From NCBI RefSeq assembly GCF_018350175.1, contig NC_058368.1:194806001-194870000 (forward strand): a stretch of 64,000 bases of DNA, given 5' to 3'. This document shows, piece after piece, positions 63,407 to 64,000 of the stretch (position 1 is the first letter of the stretch; the number at the start of each line of letters is the position of its first letter). The DNA comes from Felis catus (Eukaryota). Under the pieces are notes generated by a model, which was not told where the DNA came from, did no database searches, and was given only the letters and a program-made list of their open reading frames with translations. The position numbers were made by a program, and so were the translations under genes.

Positions 63407-63909
63407 GTGTTATCTCCTTGTAGTTTTGATTTGCATTTCCCTGATGACAAGTGATGGTGAACATCTTGTCATGTGTCTGTTGGCCATCTGTATGTCTTCT
63501 TTGGAAAAATGTCTATCAGTGTCTTCCACCCATTTATCAACTGGATTGCAGCTACGTGGATGGAGCAAGACAGTATAATGCTAAGCGAAATAAGTCAGTC
63601 AGGGAATGGCAAATACCATATGATTTCACTCGTATTTGGAATTTAAGAAACAAACAAGTATGGGGGAAAACAGAGAAAGGCAAACCAAGAAATAGACTCT
63701 TAACTATAGAGAACTAACTGATGGTCCCAGAAAGGAGGTGGGTGGGGGATAGGTAAAATAGGTGATGGGGATTAAGGAGGGCACTTTGTGATGAGCACAG
63801 AGGGTTGTATGGAAGTGGTATAGTGAATCACTATATTATACAACTGAGACTAATATTACACTGTATGTTAAATAACTGGAACTTAAATAAAATTTTTTTT
63901 AATTTAATA
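63407..63909 (+). mobile_element. Carnivore L1 3' end with 5' inversion (twin-primed)
   Basis: Antisense ORF2-end piece ~63410-63548, then sense 3'UTR; TSD 'aaaatacttct(g/a)gaa' 63392-63406 and 63910-63924. Confidence 0.92.
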
Positions 63910-64000
63910 AAAATACTTCTAGAAAATCTGAGACAAAAGTGAAAGCATTTTCAATGTAAAATATTAGAAATGAGATTTTCTTTTTCACTATAAACAACAC

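Noticed and set aside
1..64000. A named host gene or a novel multi-gene system
   Set aside because: No coding exon could be recognised, the candidate splice signals are unvalidated, and all confident features fit known retrotransposition processes

Overview
This is non-coding mammalian genomic DNA, almost certainly felid: it carries about 27 tRNA-derived Can-SINEs, several of the young SINEC_Fc type, plus carnivore-type L1 3' ends. The rest is a dense repeat landscape of L1, L2, MIR, MaLR/ERVL LTRs, hAT remnants and microsatellites. I recognise no protein-coding exon. The supplied ORFs are explained by L1 ORF2 remnants, SINEs, simple repeats or chance. The best-supported notable items are: a 5'-truncated gamma-actin (ACTG1) 3'UTR retrocopy inside an ancient L1MC-type element that keeps both ends and its TSD but lacks most of ORF2; a tailless 5S rRNA retropseudogene with a TSD; three twin-primed (inverted) L1 insertions; four sites of serial insertion at the same target; a head-to-head SINE pair 30 bp apart; and a CpG-rich promoter-like element at about 55.5-56.3 kb. 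Several minus-strand exon-like segments may belong to an unidentified host transcript, but this is tentative. I found no convincing new biological system. Repeat family names come from recalled consensus sequences, not a database search, and boundaries of old repeats are approximate.
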